A DNA stretch of 64,000 nt from Octopus sinensis (taxonomy: Eukaryota), in assembly GCF_006345805.1 (NCBI RefSeq), contig NC_043005.1, positions 85,064,001-85,128,000 on the forward strand, read 5' to 3'. The notes beneath the pieces were generated by a model. The model searched no databases. It saw nothing but the letters and a program-made list of their open reading frames with translations, and had not been told where the DNA came from. The first letter of the stretch is position 1, and every line of letters starts with the position of its first letter. Below, one piece after another: positions 51,103 through 64,000 of this stretch. A program made the translations under genes and the position numbers.

Positions 51103-51152
<50 letters not shown>

Positions 51153-51717
51153 TGTGTGTGTGTGTGTTTGATCCTTTGTCTTTTACTTGTTTCAGTCTTT
51201 AGATTGCTGCCATACTAGGGCAGAGCTTCGAAGAACTTTTAATGGGAATAAATCGACCCCAGTACTTATTTTTTTTCTTGACCCTGGTGATTACTCTGCT
51301 GGTCTTTTCTGCTGAATGACTTAGTCATAGGGATGTAAACGCACTAACACCAGTTGTCAAGCAGTGGGGGGAGGGAGGCAATAACAAGCACAGAGACATA
51401 CAAAGACACACACATACACACACACTCAATCACTCACACACATGCATACACACAAACACACACACACACATGCACAAACACACACACACACATGCACATT
51501 TACAACAGGCTTCTCTCAGTCTCAAAGATCCCACTGACAAGGCTTTGGTTGGCCCAAGACTATAGGTGCCATGCAGTAGGACTGAACCTGGAACTATGTG
51601 GTTGGGAAGTAAGCTCACCAACCACTTGGCCACACCTGCACCTATATATATGTATGTATATATATGTATATATATATATATATGCTAAACGATGATGATG
51701 ATGATGATATATGTATA

Positions 51718-53334
51718 CAGTTGCGGCCAAAATGTTCAGAACGCCATTGTTTTCGTTAGAAAAGTAGGTATAATTTTTTATCAAATTTGTTTTATATTCT
51801 ATAATTTTCACAGACAATAAATACGATATTATTTGTTATTGCCTGAGATTTTGGTGTAATTTGAGAGGATAATACAAAAGTCATGGATGATTTAGTGATT
51901 TGCTGCAAAACCCATGGCGGCCAAAATGATCTGAACGGTTGTTTTAGTATACTGAACCAGCGAACTCTAATGTTTTGAATTTGTTTACTTGACGGTTCAT
52001 TTACTAAACATTAGTAAGAATATTTGCAGTGTACTTTGTTTATATAATGCCACTTACTCCGTTACCAATTCGTCAGCAGATTATTAAGCTTCGAAAGAAG
52101 GACAATTTAAGTATTGGGTCTATTGCAAAGATTGTTAACAAGTCAAAAAGTGTTGTTCATGGTATTCTTAAGGTCTACGATGATTGTGGTTCGTGTGAAG
52201 CAAGAAAGTCTACAGGTAGGCCAAGAAAAACGACCAAGAGAGAAGATCGTGCAATGGTAAAGTTTGTTAAAAAGGACAGATTTAAAACTGCTGCTGCTGT
52301 TTCTCGGGAAATGAGCATTGTACTAAAGAAAACTTTATCTCGAAAAACTGTGTCTCGTTGTTTAGTTGAACATGACCTACGAGCAAGAGCACCTGCAGTG
52401 AAGCCACTGATCAGCTCCAAGAATAAAAAGTGTCGTCTTACCTTTGCAACCGAACATGTGTTGTGGTCTCAAGAAAAATGGCAAACGGTGCATTTCAGTG
52501 ATGAATCTAAGTTTATGTTATTTGACTCAGATGGAAAAGGTACGTTCGTCGAAAAGTAGGTGAAAAATTGTCGACTAAATGCTTTAAGACTAGTGTTAAA
52601 TTCAGTAGAGGAAGTGTCATGGTTTGGGGGATGATATCTGGAGATGGTGTGGGCCCTTTGGTGCGATTACATGGAAAGTAAAATGCAGGAGTTTATAAAC
52701 AACTTGTAAAAGATCATGTCTTGCCTGTGCTGAGAAATTCAACTAAGCGACCACCCATATTCATGCAGGACAATGCCCCATGTCACAAGGCTAAAGTGGT
52801 CATGAACTTCTTCAAGACTGAAAAGGTTATTGTTATGGATTGGCCTGCTCAAAGCCCAGATCTCAATCCTATTGAAAATGTGTGGAATATTCTAGGAGAA
52901 CGTTCGAAAGCCAGAAATCCTAAAACAACCGAGCAATTATGGAATGCCCATCAGGAAGAAAATTGAATAAGATCACCTAGCAAGAAATTGAAAATTTAGT
53001 TTACTCATGCAGTCGAAGATGTCAAAGTGTGATTGAAGCTAAAGGGCTTCACGCTAAATATTAAATAATTCCAGTATTCTCTGTCATTTTTTATTATTTT
53101 GATATTTTTTCAACCGTTCTGATCATTTTAGCGGGCATGGGTTTTGCAGTAAATCACTAAATCATCCATAACTTTTGTATTATCCTCTCAAATTATACCA
53201 GAATCTCAGACAATAACAAATAATATTGTATTTATTGTCTGTGAAAATTATAGAATATAAAACAACTTTGATAAAAAATTGTATCTACTTTTCTGACAAA
53301 AACAATGCCGTTCTGAACATTTTGGCCACAACTG
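51718..53334 (+). mobile_element. Full-length Tc1-family DNA transposon with 224-bp IR/DR termini
   Basis: TA|CAGTTG..; TIRs 51718-51941 and 53111-53334 (17 mismatches counted); right flank CA rather than TA. Confidence 0.95.
52047..53064 (+). pseudogene. Tc1 DD34E transposase, disrupted
   Basis: HTH and GRPRK; FSDESKF, QDNAPCH, SPDLNPIENVW (34 aa between D and E). Frameshifts at ~52540 and ~52965; stops at ~52679 and ~52978. Confidence 0.92.
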
Positions 53335-53335
53335 C

Positions 53336-53368
<33 letters not shown>

Positions 53369-53381
53369 CATACACACACAA

Positions 53382-53429
<48 letters not shown>

Positions 53430-53522
53430 ACATATATATATATATATTATATATATACAGGGTGCGTAAGATATTTGCGGACAGATTAATGTTTATAAAT
53501 AAACATATATATAATAACTCTT

Positions 53523-53960
53523 TTAGTCTTTTACCTTTTTACTTGTTTCAGTCATTTGACTGTGGCCATGCTGGAGCCTCACCTTTAGTTGAATAAATCA
53601 ACTCCAGGGCTTATTCTTTGCAAGCCTGGTACTTATCGTATTGGTCTCCTTTTGCTGAACTGCTATGTGACAGATAAATAAACACACCAACATCGGTTGT
53701 CAAGCAATGGTAGGGAGGTAAGCACAGACATAAATAACACATACATACATATATGTGCACATACATACATATATATTTATATATATATATATATATATAT
53801 ACAACAGGCTTCTTTCAGTTTCTGTCTACCAAATCCACTCACAAGATTTTGGTCAGCTTGAGGCTATAGTAAAAGACACTTGCCCAAGGTGCCATGCAGT
53901 GGGACTGAACCCAGAATCCTGTGTCTGGGAAGCAAACTTTTTACCACTTAGCCACTCCTG
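53523..53960 (-). mobile_element. tRNA-derived SINE, family B
   Basis: Same consensus as the other copies. Confidence 0.8.
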
Positions 53961-54016
53961 AATTTCATTTATCAAAAATGCTATGAAGATAAAAATAAAC
54001 TTTCTTTTCTATAATG

Positions 54017-54375
54017 TTATTCAATGAAGCCGCCTTCAACTTCAACAACTGGTTCTATATGAGATCTAAATCATCTACATGCTCGAATCAAGTGGTCCTG
54101 GTTCATTTTGGACATTACTCTGACTATGGCAGCTTTCAAAGAATCTTTGGTGTTATGGGCGTGTTCATTAACCTCTCTCTCTCAACAACGCCTCACATGT
54201 AATAGTCCAAAGGACTGAGATCTGGGGAATTAGGAGGCCAAATGTCTGGGGTTACATGATCGTGGAGATTTTCAGCTATCCATTCCTGTGTTACTAGAGC
54301 CATGCGTGGTAGTGCAGAATCTTACTGAAACACATATGGCCTTCCATTGCATACATTGTCTATCCAGCTGTTTTG
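54017..54375 (-). mobile_element. maT (DD37D) transposase C-terminal remnant
   Basis: YVFQ*DSA...TQEWI...IWPPNSPDLSPLDYY; 37 aa between the second and third D; ends EGGFIE*. Confidence 0.75.
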
Positions 54376-54384
54376 CAATGTCAG

Positions 54385-54712
54385 AAGTTTTCGAATGGGA
54401 TTCGTTTTCCACAATTCTCTTCAAGCAGTAAAACTTCCTTTCCGAGGGCCCAGGTCAGCTGGGACGAGAATCTGTTGATTCTTTTCCTTGGCTTTTGAAT
54501 CGCACTATAATTCTATTAACAGCAGTGCTGACAATTGTGCTGAATATTTTGTGCATGGTATGGTTACTCTTTGCGAATGTTTTATATAATTTCACCTGGA
54601 ATGGAAAAGAATAATTACATTGTAAATTCTACACTGCTGAAAACATATTAAGATGCTTAGATCAGAAATTTTGAAAATTAAAGGTGTCTATTTCCTTCCT
54701 GCATGTCTGTGT
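54385..54712 (-). mobile_element. Tc1-like 5' remnant (TIR-like end and N-terminal HTH/GRP region)
   Basis: STAVNRIIVRFKSQGKESTDSRPS*PGPSER..LKRIVEN; TIR-like CAGACATGCAGGAAGGAAATAGACACC. Confidence 0.45.
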
Positions 54713-55267
54713 ATATAAATGGTTTTATAACGACATAATGTACTCATTAATCACTTAAAACGTTCGTTGGAAACAGTTGTAATGAATTGACACCTGTCTG
54801 TCACTTGTTATTTATTTATTTATTCATGGTTTATCTCTCTCAGAATCTGTCCCTTGTGTGTTCCAAAGTATATTATGGGTTGTATATTTAATACAAAGAG
54901 CATTTCTGGATTAGGCCTTGGGCTGATGATATACTCAATTTATTGGGGCCAGTTAATTGTTTACATAACCTTTCCATGCTTGCTTGCATCAGATGGAAGT
55001 TGTTGAGGCAAAATTCTCTATAGCTGGATGCTCTTCCTGTCACCAACCCTGTTTCCAAGCAAGGTAATATTACTTCATGGACAGACACGCTTTCATTGAA
55101 GACTGGAAACAAACAGCATCATTTGCGTGATGATGATCATGCCCATTTGCAACCATCATATGATGTCAAATCAACGAACCACACACACACACAAATATAT
55201 AAATATATACATGTATGTCTATGTGTATATATGTGTATATTTGTGTATGTGTGTGTATATGTGTGTG

Positions 55268-55504
55268 AGATGGGTGGTGAGCTGGTAGAAATGTTAGCAC
55301 GCCGGGTGAAATGCATAGCCGTATTTCGTCTGCCATTACGTTCTGAGTTCAAATTCCGCCGACGTCGACTTTGCCTGCCATCCTTTCGGGGTCGATTAAA
55401 TAAATACCAGTTATGCACTGGGGTCGATGTAATCGACTTAATCCATTTGTCTGTCCTTGTTTGTCCCATCTGTGTTTAGCCCTTTGTGGGTAGTAAAGAA
55501 ATAG
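55268..55504 (+). mobile_element. tRNA-derived SINE, family C, with Deu/Nin-domain-like core
   Basis: GAGTTCAAATTCC B-box. GTCGACTTTGCCTGCCATCCTTTCGGGGTCGATTAAATAAATACCAG resembles the Deu/Nin domain. Minus-strand fragments at ~16205, ~31125 and ~57100. Confidence 0.7.
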
Positions 55505-55681
55505 AGATGGGCTTCTTTCAGTTTCCATCTACCAAATCCACTCATAAGGCTTTTGTTGGCTTGGGGGCTATAACAGAAGACAATTAACCAAAGTGTTATG
55601 CAATGAAACTGAACCACATGTGGTTGGGACACAAACGCCTTAACCACTCAGCCACCACGCCTGCACTTATATAAACCCTCA

Positions 55682-55712
<31 letters not shown>

Positions 55713-57659
55713 CTTTGGCTGAAATCTATTTGATGGTCATCAGAGTAGTTTGCTAATGTATAATCTAGCGCTTTTCATGATACATGGACATGACAAAATT
55801 TAATCAAAAGGAAGAACTTAGTGACCATTTTCAGAGATTGTGACAAATTGTCTTTGTTATTTGAATGCTCAGAAGAATTACTTGTATCTTATTATTTGAA
55901 CATTTTCAGGAAAGGTGGAATGGCTACAGCATTTACCAAAGTGTTAGATTTCTTTCTCATTGAGTTAGTTCCATAAAAAAAAGTATGAAAGTGTATAGGT
56001 GAAAGGGGATCTGTAAGAACATCAAAAGTCTGGTAAAATGGTATCATTGGAATGGAATCGGAATATAATGGTTGACTACATTTGGTATTTAATGCAGGTA
56101 CAGCACTGACTACAATTACTTTCAGAGATCAAAGATTTGTTAGCAGAACCATTCCTAAGTTGAGTTACATTTGATTTTATTTCATTGCATTCCAACCGAT
56201 GAAACATCCTTGAAAATTTATAAATGTAAGCTGCTCACGTAGACTCTGTGTACAGCAGTGTGTATAAAATGGTTTAAGTGTCTCTTCTTCACCACACTAT
56301 ATGACAATAATCATTTTACTCACACTGGAATGATGAAAGATATATTTCAGTGTGGCAAGATATGAAGTCAGAGCAACGAAGAGTGGATCTGAACACTGTA
56401 GAAGCATTAGATCAGTGTTGTAAAGTTTCTGACAGTTTGTTGTGTTGCATAACATCGTCATCGTCACCATCATTTAAATGTCTGCGTTGCATGCTGGCAT
56501 GGGTTGGACAGTTTCACACAACCTGACAAGTCCAAGAACTGTGTCACATCCTTGTACTTGCTGTGGTCTTCACTCAGGGTGAGTTGAGCTGACTCTGACC
56601 AACGAGGTCATCGGGTCTCCTATAAATACTGACCACATTCAAAAGTTAGCCCTAACGTTCCAGCAGGCAAAGTAATACTTCTGCCTGCAACCCCAAATAT
56701 CCAGACTGCAAATTTGACAAATGCCCCCCAGGAGAGTAAGCAAGCACATTGATTAGTAGAGATGCTGTAGATGTAGTCATCATTCATTGCTGAGATGTGG
56801 GGTTCATGAACCAAGGACCGCATTGTGATCCAATGTCTGCCTTGACATAGATTTTGTGACTTGTGATTGGATGCCCTTTCAGTACACTGTGTACTGGGTC
56901 CTTTTTATGTGGACCCAGCACTGGAGAGTTCACCATGCAGCTTACATGAATATAATCCCCTTTCACTGAATGGAACTACTGTAAAGAGGGAGATTGCATT
57001 ATGCTAGGAGATTAGGGGTTAAAATGAAAGAGAAAAGGGTTCAGAACAGAACGGAGTTCTTGCTGTAGGGGAGTTACCTAGCTAACATCTTTTAATATTG
57101 GATTCAAATTCTGGCAAAAGGGAGGGAGTAATTCAATTACAGCGATCTCTGTACTCAACTGGCACTTATCTTATTGACCCTGAAAAATGAAATGCTAAGC
57201 TGACCCTGACAGAGTTTGAACTCAGAACATAAAGTTGAATTTAAACTCAGAATGCAAATACAGACAAAAAGCTGCCGAGCGTTTTGCCTGGTCTAGTAAT
57301 GATTCTGTCAGCTCACCATCTTTAACAGCTTTCAATTATTGATAATACCTTAATTATCTTCCAAATGTAACCATCATGTTATAATTATATTTATTGCCAA
57401 ACTAATGTGGCAGTCCAGAAAAATAGGACAAATGCTGCTGTTGATTAGCTCTGAGAGACAATCGCCTTTAGCTAGCTATATGATACACAAATCTGCATCC
57501 ATAACGCCTTCAAACAGGGAAGGTCATCAACTTCTCCTTGTTGGCTTGGCATCCACAGACCAATTTATGGAGTAGTTGTCCCTTATCAATATGGAGCAGC
57601 CAAGTCCAGCAGGGGTCACTGTTGACCATCTGTTCAAAAGTTTTATTTACGTATATATT

Positions 57660-57822
57660 TACTACACTCTCAGAGTAGTTGGTGTTAGGAAGGGTGACCA
57701 GCTGTAGAAACTCTGCCAGATCAAGATTGGAGCCTGGTGCAGTCATCTGGTTCGCCAGTCTTCAGTCAAATCGTCCAACCCATGCTAGCATGGAAAGCGG
57801 ACATTAAACGATGAGGATGATG
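57660..57822 (+). mobile_element. RTE 3'-end copy
   Basis: TTAGGAAGGG..GTAGAAACTCTGCCAGATC..GGAAAGCGGACATTAAACGATGA. Confidence 0.8.
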
Positions 57823-58466
57823 AAATACATTCAGTGAAATACATTCACTGGTTTTCAATAATAGAAATGTTATAATTTCTCAATCTCCCTAAAGGAGAGA
57901 TACAGCAACAGTACTGGGTATTAATATTTTTTGAGAAACTAACATGGCACTCCAGACAAATAGAATGAATGCTGCTGGTGATTAGTTCTGAGAGGCGATC
58001 GCCTCTAGCCAGATATATGACTGACAAATCTGCATCCATAATTATAATTTTGCTTATATTCAAACCACAAAAATGGATGAAGATGAAGATCAAGATGTGC
58101 TGTCAGTTAATGAAATGAAATTAAGAAGATTAGCAAAACCTAGTGTTTGATGATCTTGAAAATAATTAATTCTGTTCAATGGCATCACCAATCTGTAGAT
58201 TTCTTTTGGCGTGTTACAAACAAAATGATGATTTAATAAACCCGGGCAGATTCCATGACATTCCAAAAACCTTAACTTTATTAAAACTTTCACTTTGTTT
58301 CTTGAATTTTTTCATAGATACAGGTGTGGCTGTGTGGTAAGAAGTTTGCTTCTCAACCACAAGGTTTCCAGTTCAGTTCCACTGCATAGATCCTTGGGCA
58401 AGTGACTTCAATTAAAGCCTTGTGAGTGGATTTGGTGGACGGAAACTGAAAGAAGTTAGTCATATT

Positions 58467-58499
<33 letters not shown>

Positions 58500-59913
58500 C
58501 TTTGTCTTGAAATCATGTGATAAAGCTAAAATGGCATCACTGTCATACATGTGATGTCTATTTCCATTCTTCCATGAAAAACATGTCAGGGCCATGGGGA
58601 GGCATTAGCTTGCTTAGAAACAAGTGAGGGTTGGGAACAGGAAAGGCAACCAGCGACAGAAAACCAGACCCTAACAAATTCTGTCAGACTAGGGTGTGAC
58701 ACTTTTTTACACAGTTGTCCTTATCCATATGCAACACATGACCATCCTAGCGCAGTCATTTCCCTTGCACACCACATCTGGATTAATGTATAAAATAAAT
58801 GCAGTTAAGATTCAGCTCATCTTTTTATAATGGTTAGAGATTGAGTGGAATATATGAAGAATGATAGAGTCCCAGGTGGGGACTGACTTGCATGAAATGG
58901 AAGGACGAAAGTGGATGGGTTTCAAACAGGACAGATATAAAATGCTGAGAAGTAAAAATTCGGCCTGAGAAAGAAAGGAAAAGAGAGTGGAGTTTAATGA
59001 ATAGGTTTAGACATTATATAGACAGGAGAATGAGAGTCAGTAAGTTCAGAGGAGCTAATATCACCATCAAAATAATATGGAAGCCCAAAAATGAAACCAA
59101 AAATAATGATGTTGCTTCAAAAGACTATATATTGTAATGGAGAAGAGAAGAGTGGAGAAAGAATGAGGTGTTTCTCTCTTGGATACAGTGCCATATATCT
59201 AGGGTAGCTAAAGAATTCTCTCTCATAAATCAAAAAAAAAAAACCTATTGAATCGTAATATATAATTATGGCAGACGTGAAAGGAAAACAAAAACAGAAT
59301 ACATCCATTGATAATATGGAACGAGGAGAATACAGGTTGCTTGTTTGAAAGATGCAATTCAATCTATTACGACTGGTGAACATTGTAGATATGTGTTGAT
59401 GATAACAAGGTAAATTCGGTTATCGTTCCATATTGAGGCAAAAATCTCTTTGTCAAAAAAAGAAAAAGAAAATACATTAAAACACATCGCTAACAAGATT
59501 ATTTGATGTTTTTATTTTGCAACCATCTTTTCTTTCAGTTTGGCAACTGTTTTGTATGTTGGTATGTTGGTATGTGTTTGTCTGCATGTAAACACACACA
59601 TACCAATACACAACTGCATGGTTGTATATATATACACACACACACACATGTATATGTGTTTACATAGGTACATATGTGTGTGTGTGTTTGTGTGTATACA
59701 TACGTACACACACACACACATACACACACGCATGCATGAATACATATACATAGATGTGTATATATTTATATTCAACATTAGAGGTGATTGCTACTTCGAA
59801 GTTTGAGTATAATCGGCTTTTGAAAAAATATATATTTGGAATTTGGAAATTTTTATTCCAGACATGTAAAATGATAACACACACAAACACACACACACAC
59901 ACACATATATTTC

Positions 59914-59955
<42 letters not shown>

Positions 59956-60407
59956 ATATATGCACATACATACATACACACACACATATATATACAGACA
60001 TATATGCATACACACACATATATATGTATAAATATATATACACCCACAAATATATATACATCTATGCATACACATACTTAAACAAGCATACACACATAGA
60101 TACACACATATATATATAGGTACATATATAAGCACACACACACACACACACACACACACTTTTGCATACTTGGTTGCCCATTTGGGTCTTTTGATGTTAC
60201 CTCTGATTCATATATGACTATGTCTGTGAGGTGAAGTGTTTTGCTCAGGAACACAATGCATCACCTGGTCTCGCTTGCTCTCTCTCTCATATATATATAC
60301 ATATAGTTAATCCAAACATGAAAGCACAAAGAGAAAACACAACAACGTGAGTATGTGGAACAAGTATAGTGTTATTGGACACTCATGAAAGGAAAGAAAG
60401 AAGGAGG

Positions 60408-60442
60408 ATTTAACGTTTCGAGCGGAGCTCTTCGTCAGAAAT
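60408..60442 (-). ncRNA. Minimal type I hammerhead ribozyme in a ~210-bp PLE-type repeat (60303-60515)
   Basis: ATTT-CTGACGA-A-GAGC-TCC-GCTC-GAAAC-GTT-AAAT; loopless palindromic stem III (ACGT), so dimer-dependent. Confidence 0.7.
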
Positions 60443-61027
60443 GTAGAAAAAAGGAAAAGTCCAAGGAAGGGAAGACGGAGGAAAAAAAATTGCCAACGAT
60501 ACACATGTGGTCGCATATACATATATATATATATTATATATATATATATATATAATATATATATATTTGTATATATGCACATACATACATACACACACAC
60601 ATATATATACAGACATATATGCATACACACACATATATATGTATAAATATATATACACCCACAAATATATATACATCTATGCATACACATACTTAAACAA
60701 GCATACACACATAGATACACACATATATATATAGGTACATATATAAGCACACACACACACACACACACCACACACACACTTTTGCATACTTGGTTGCCCA
60801 TTTGGGTCTTTTGATGTTACCTCTGATTCATATATGACTATGTCTGTGAGGTGAAGTGTTTTGCTCAGGAACACAATGCATCACCTGGTCTCGCTTGCTC
60901 TCTCTCTCATATATATATACATATAGTTAATCCAAACATGAAAGCACAAAGAGAAAACACAACAACGTGAGGATGTGGAACAAGTATAGTGTTATTGGAC
61001 ACTCATGAAAGGAAAGAAAGAAGGAGG

Positions 61028-61062
61028 ATTTAACGTTTCGAGCGGAGCTCTTCGTCAGAAAT
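61028..61062 (-). ncRNA. Minimal type I hammerhead ribozyme (duplicated copy)
   Basis: Identical to 60408-60442. Confidence 0.7.
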
Positions 61063-61133
61063 GTAGAAAAAAGGAAAAGTCCAAGGAAGGGAGACGGAGG
61101 AAAAAAAATTGCCAACGATACACATGTGGTCGC

Positions 61134-61181
<48 letters not shown>

Positions 61182-61617
61182 GTAAAACCATTCACACCAA
61201 AAGGATATAGAAGTTTGTTTACAAAAAACAACTCCGAACTAGAAATAGTTCTTAAATTTGACAGAAACAGGGAGGCTAATTCACTGGTGTAATGGTAACA
61301 AACTTAGTCATGTTATAAAAGGGATATGGGATCAACACCCATGCAAATGGGAAAGCCTACATTTTTTCTGTTGAGGGCTTATATGCCCCTTTATTAGACT
61401 ATTTTCCTTAGTGATAGCCACAAGTGCACAGTGATCACCATAAGCTTTAAGCTTATATAAAAATACCATTATTGTTATTTACAGGATTGTAAAATATGGT
61501 GCTGTATAACAAAACCATTTGTGCACATCTCTCTCTTCCCCCCTCCCTCTCTCTCTCTCAATATACATATATGTATACACACACACAAATATATATATAT
61601 GTTTGTCTGTCTGTCTG

Positions 61618-61650
<33 letters not shown>

Positions 61651-61651
61651 G

Positions 61652-61690
<39 letters not shown>

Positions 61691-61778
61691 GTATTATATG
61701 TCTAGACATATATATATGTCTATCTCTTTTTCCCCTCTCGTTCTCTCTCTCTCCCTATATATATGTATATATATTGCT

Positions 61779-62170
61779 TTATTCTTTTACTTGTTTTAGT
61801 CATTTGACTGCAGCCATGCTGGAGCGCCACCTTTAGTCAAACTAATTGACCCCAAAACTTATTCTTTGTAAGCCTGGTACTTATTCTATCTGTCTCTTTG
61901 TGGACCTGCTAAGTTACGGGACATAAATCCACCAACATTTGTTATCTTGCGATGGTGGAGGGACAAACATATATAAACAAATATATGCATACACACTCAC
62001 ACACACACATAGGACGGGCTTCTTTCAGTTTCCATCTACCAAATCTACTCACAAGGCTTTGGTTGGCCTGCGGCTATAGTAGAATACACTTGCCCAAGGT
62101 GCCATGCATTGGGACTGAACCCGGAACCTTGTGGTTTGGAAGCAAGCTTCTTACCACACAGCCATGCCTG
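61779..62170 (-). mobile_element. tRNA-derived SINE, family B
   Basis: Same consensus as the other copies. Confidence 0.8.
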
Positions 62171-62710
62171 TGTTTAGTAAGTATGAATAAAATCATTGAG
62201 AAATTTATTACACATGTGGGATTCACATAACTCTGCATGGAAGAAAGTAGAGAGAAAATAAATCTTCATTTCAAAGTTAATTACCTGCATTATACTCACA
62301 AATACCAAAAGCCTTTTAATGTGGATAATGTTGGAGTTAGTTAGTCCTGTCTTGAAAATATCACTTTCAAATAGTATTTTATGTATTGGATCTCAATGTA
62401 TTTGGTGCAATTACAGAGAATGTAAAGGAAATCACAATCTAAATCTCCAAGTGAAGGAGGTTTCACATTTCATACATAATTCTTTAGTCCAGATACAGAT
62501 ATAGCTCTACTGTTCTATTTATATGGCAATTTGGTGGGCAGTGAATCAGCATTAAAATTATCACCAGTAGCATACTCGACAAGACTTATCCATATTCCTG
62601 CAGCATTATTGTTTTGAAATTCTTGGAAATGCCACCAGAGTTTTGAATGAAAGCAAAGGGGATTAACAATTACTGTGGATGTAGTTTTCTCTCATTGAAA
62701 AGAGGATATG

Positions 62711-62880
62711 ATAAATAACACACTACACATTATTTACATTATTTACATTGGGCGGCTATTTGTCCTCATCTTGTTGTTATCACATCGTTTTGGTTGATTT
62801 ACTCTCCAGGTGTCCTGGTGGAATTTTGAACCCAACCCTGGGTTCTCATTCCTAAGGTATCTTTTGCTGATGTTACTATT
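62711..62880 (-). mobile_element. Paralogue of the 18879-19069 body with the hammerhead core deleted
   Basis: ATACCTTAGGAATGAGAAC..ACAC-CTGGAGAG..AACAAGATGAGGACAAAT; lacks the CTGATGAAGG segment. Confidence 0.65.
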
Positions 62881-62901
62881 CTTCTTCTTCTTCTTCTTCT
62901 T

Positions 62902-62932
<31 letters not shown>

Positions 62933-62996
62933 TTATTATTATTATTATGTATATATGCACATGCTTGTGTGTCTGTATATGTATGCATGCATATAC

Positions 62997-63039
<43 letters not shown>

Positions 63040-63085
63040 TATAGTATCTATTAATGTGCATCAGTGTTTGTGTATTCATACATAC

Positions 63086-63181
63086 CTACTTATAAATAGT
63101 AAGTTTTCTCCTTCTATTTCCTGGAATTTTTCTGCGGTGTCATTGAGTTTAAATGACTTAATCCTTCTGTCCTTTTCCACG
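63086..63181 (-). CDS. Candidate 96-nt internal coding exon of an unidentified gene
   Basis: GTCCATTGTTTAG|exon|GTATGT with AG before the donor. Single open frame, phase 2-2: VEKDRRIKSFKLNDTAEKFQEIEGENLLFIS. Confidence 0.35.
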
Positions 63182-63673
63182 CTAAACAATGGACCAGCGC
63201 TACCAAATGAAGCAGCGTGCAATATACAACGAGAGTTCAAAGATTGACATACAAGGAACATGTATAATGGTAAATGAAGCACGAATCTTATAGCAATGGT
63301 GTTAAGTTGTGACGTTGGCATTCAATTAGCTTGGCAGGGTATTAGCATTTAACTCCTGTCTATGTGAAATACTTTGAGAGAATTATGTGGAACTGGTCTT
63401 CTGCCAAAAGCTGGCAAGATATCTGAGATCAATGACTGTTTTGTTTGGCATCTTCCTGTGTTAATGCTGTCTTTCCTGCTGTTATTGATTATTAATTAGA
63501 ATTCTCAAAATATATCAATTAAAACTAGTATCATTCTTGGAGAGGATTTTATGGGCAAATTTATGCGAGTTACAGAGAAACTTTTCAAAGTTGGATTTCA
63601 CACGACATAGACATAAAATAATAAAATAACTTCTCTTGCTCCATATTGCACATTATTATCATTATTATTATTA

Positions 63674-63742
<69 letters not shown>

Positions 63743-63749
63743 TGTTATT

Positions 63750-64000
63750 GAGTGAGAGAGCAGAGCATGCCATCAAAGTGACACTGGGGTAAAATATACG
63801 AAGCCCAGTATACTTACCATAACTACCCATCTGATAAGGGTACACTAGCCATATGCATTTCAACTACATGTGCATGAAATGGTGATCTCATATCAAGATA
63901 AACAGCGCATGACGTTGCAGGTGGGGTTCAGTTACAATTTTCTTCAGGTTGAGTAGCCCATTCCGCTCAAAAGGTTTGTTTAAGAATGTTGAATGAAACA
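63750..64000. mobile_element. Second copy of the unclassified (ATT)n-flanked repeat, cut by the window end
   Basis: Colinear with 36555-36810. Confidence 0.75.

Larger units (their letters stand above)
50785..51112. mobile_element. 328-bp near-perfect palindrome of a PLE pLTR with two head-to-head hammerheads
   Basis: Centre CAAATTATAATTTG at ~50949. Arms differ by one substitution and four 1-nt homopolymer indels. Confidence 0.85.
59951..61140. repeat. Near-identical direct tandem duplication (~615-620-bp unit, 2 copies)
   Basis: 59951-60520 repeats at 60566-61140, including microsatellite-like and unique parts. Confidence 0.9.

Overview
AT-rich, microsatellite-saturated animal genomic DNA. 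The repeat repertoire suggests a cephalopod, probably Octopus; this is an inference. No host gene can be identified with confidence, only two candidate minus-strand micro-exons, and nearly all ORF-track entries are microsatellite translations. Recognisable mobile elements are: a young 5'-truncated RTE LINE with a PHD finger inserted in ORF2 (48.2-50.6 kb) plus many RTE 3'-end copies; a full-length decayed Tc1 (DD34E) element with 224-bp IR/DR ends (51.7-53.3 kb); mariner, maT (DD37D) and rosa-like remnants; R4/Dong fragments; several tRNA-derived SINE families; and a tRNA-Arg pseudogene. The main unannotated signal is RNA-level. At least eight distinct repeat families carry type I hammerhead ribozyme (HHR) motifs of the Penelope-like (PLE) kind. 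These include a ~490-bp tandem retrozyme-like array (5.3-6.6 kb), a GIY-YIG PLE end, head-to-head HHR palindromes, a family with a variant core, and an HHR unit behind a tRNA-like head. There is also a 1.46-kb gag/ORF1-only retroelement with a 13-bp TSD. All structures were read by eye; no folding or database search was run.
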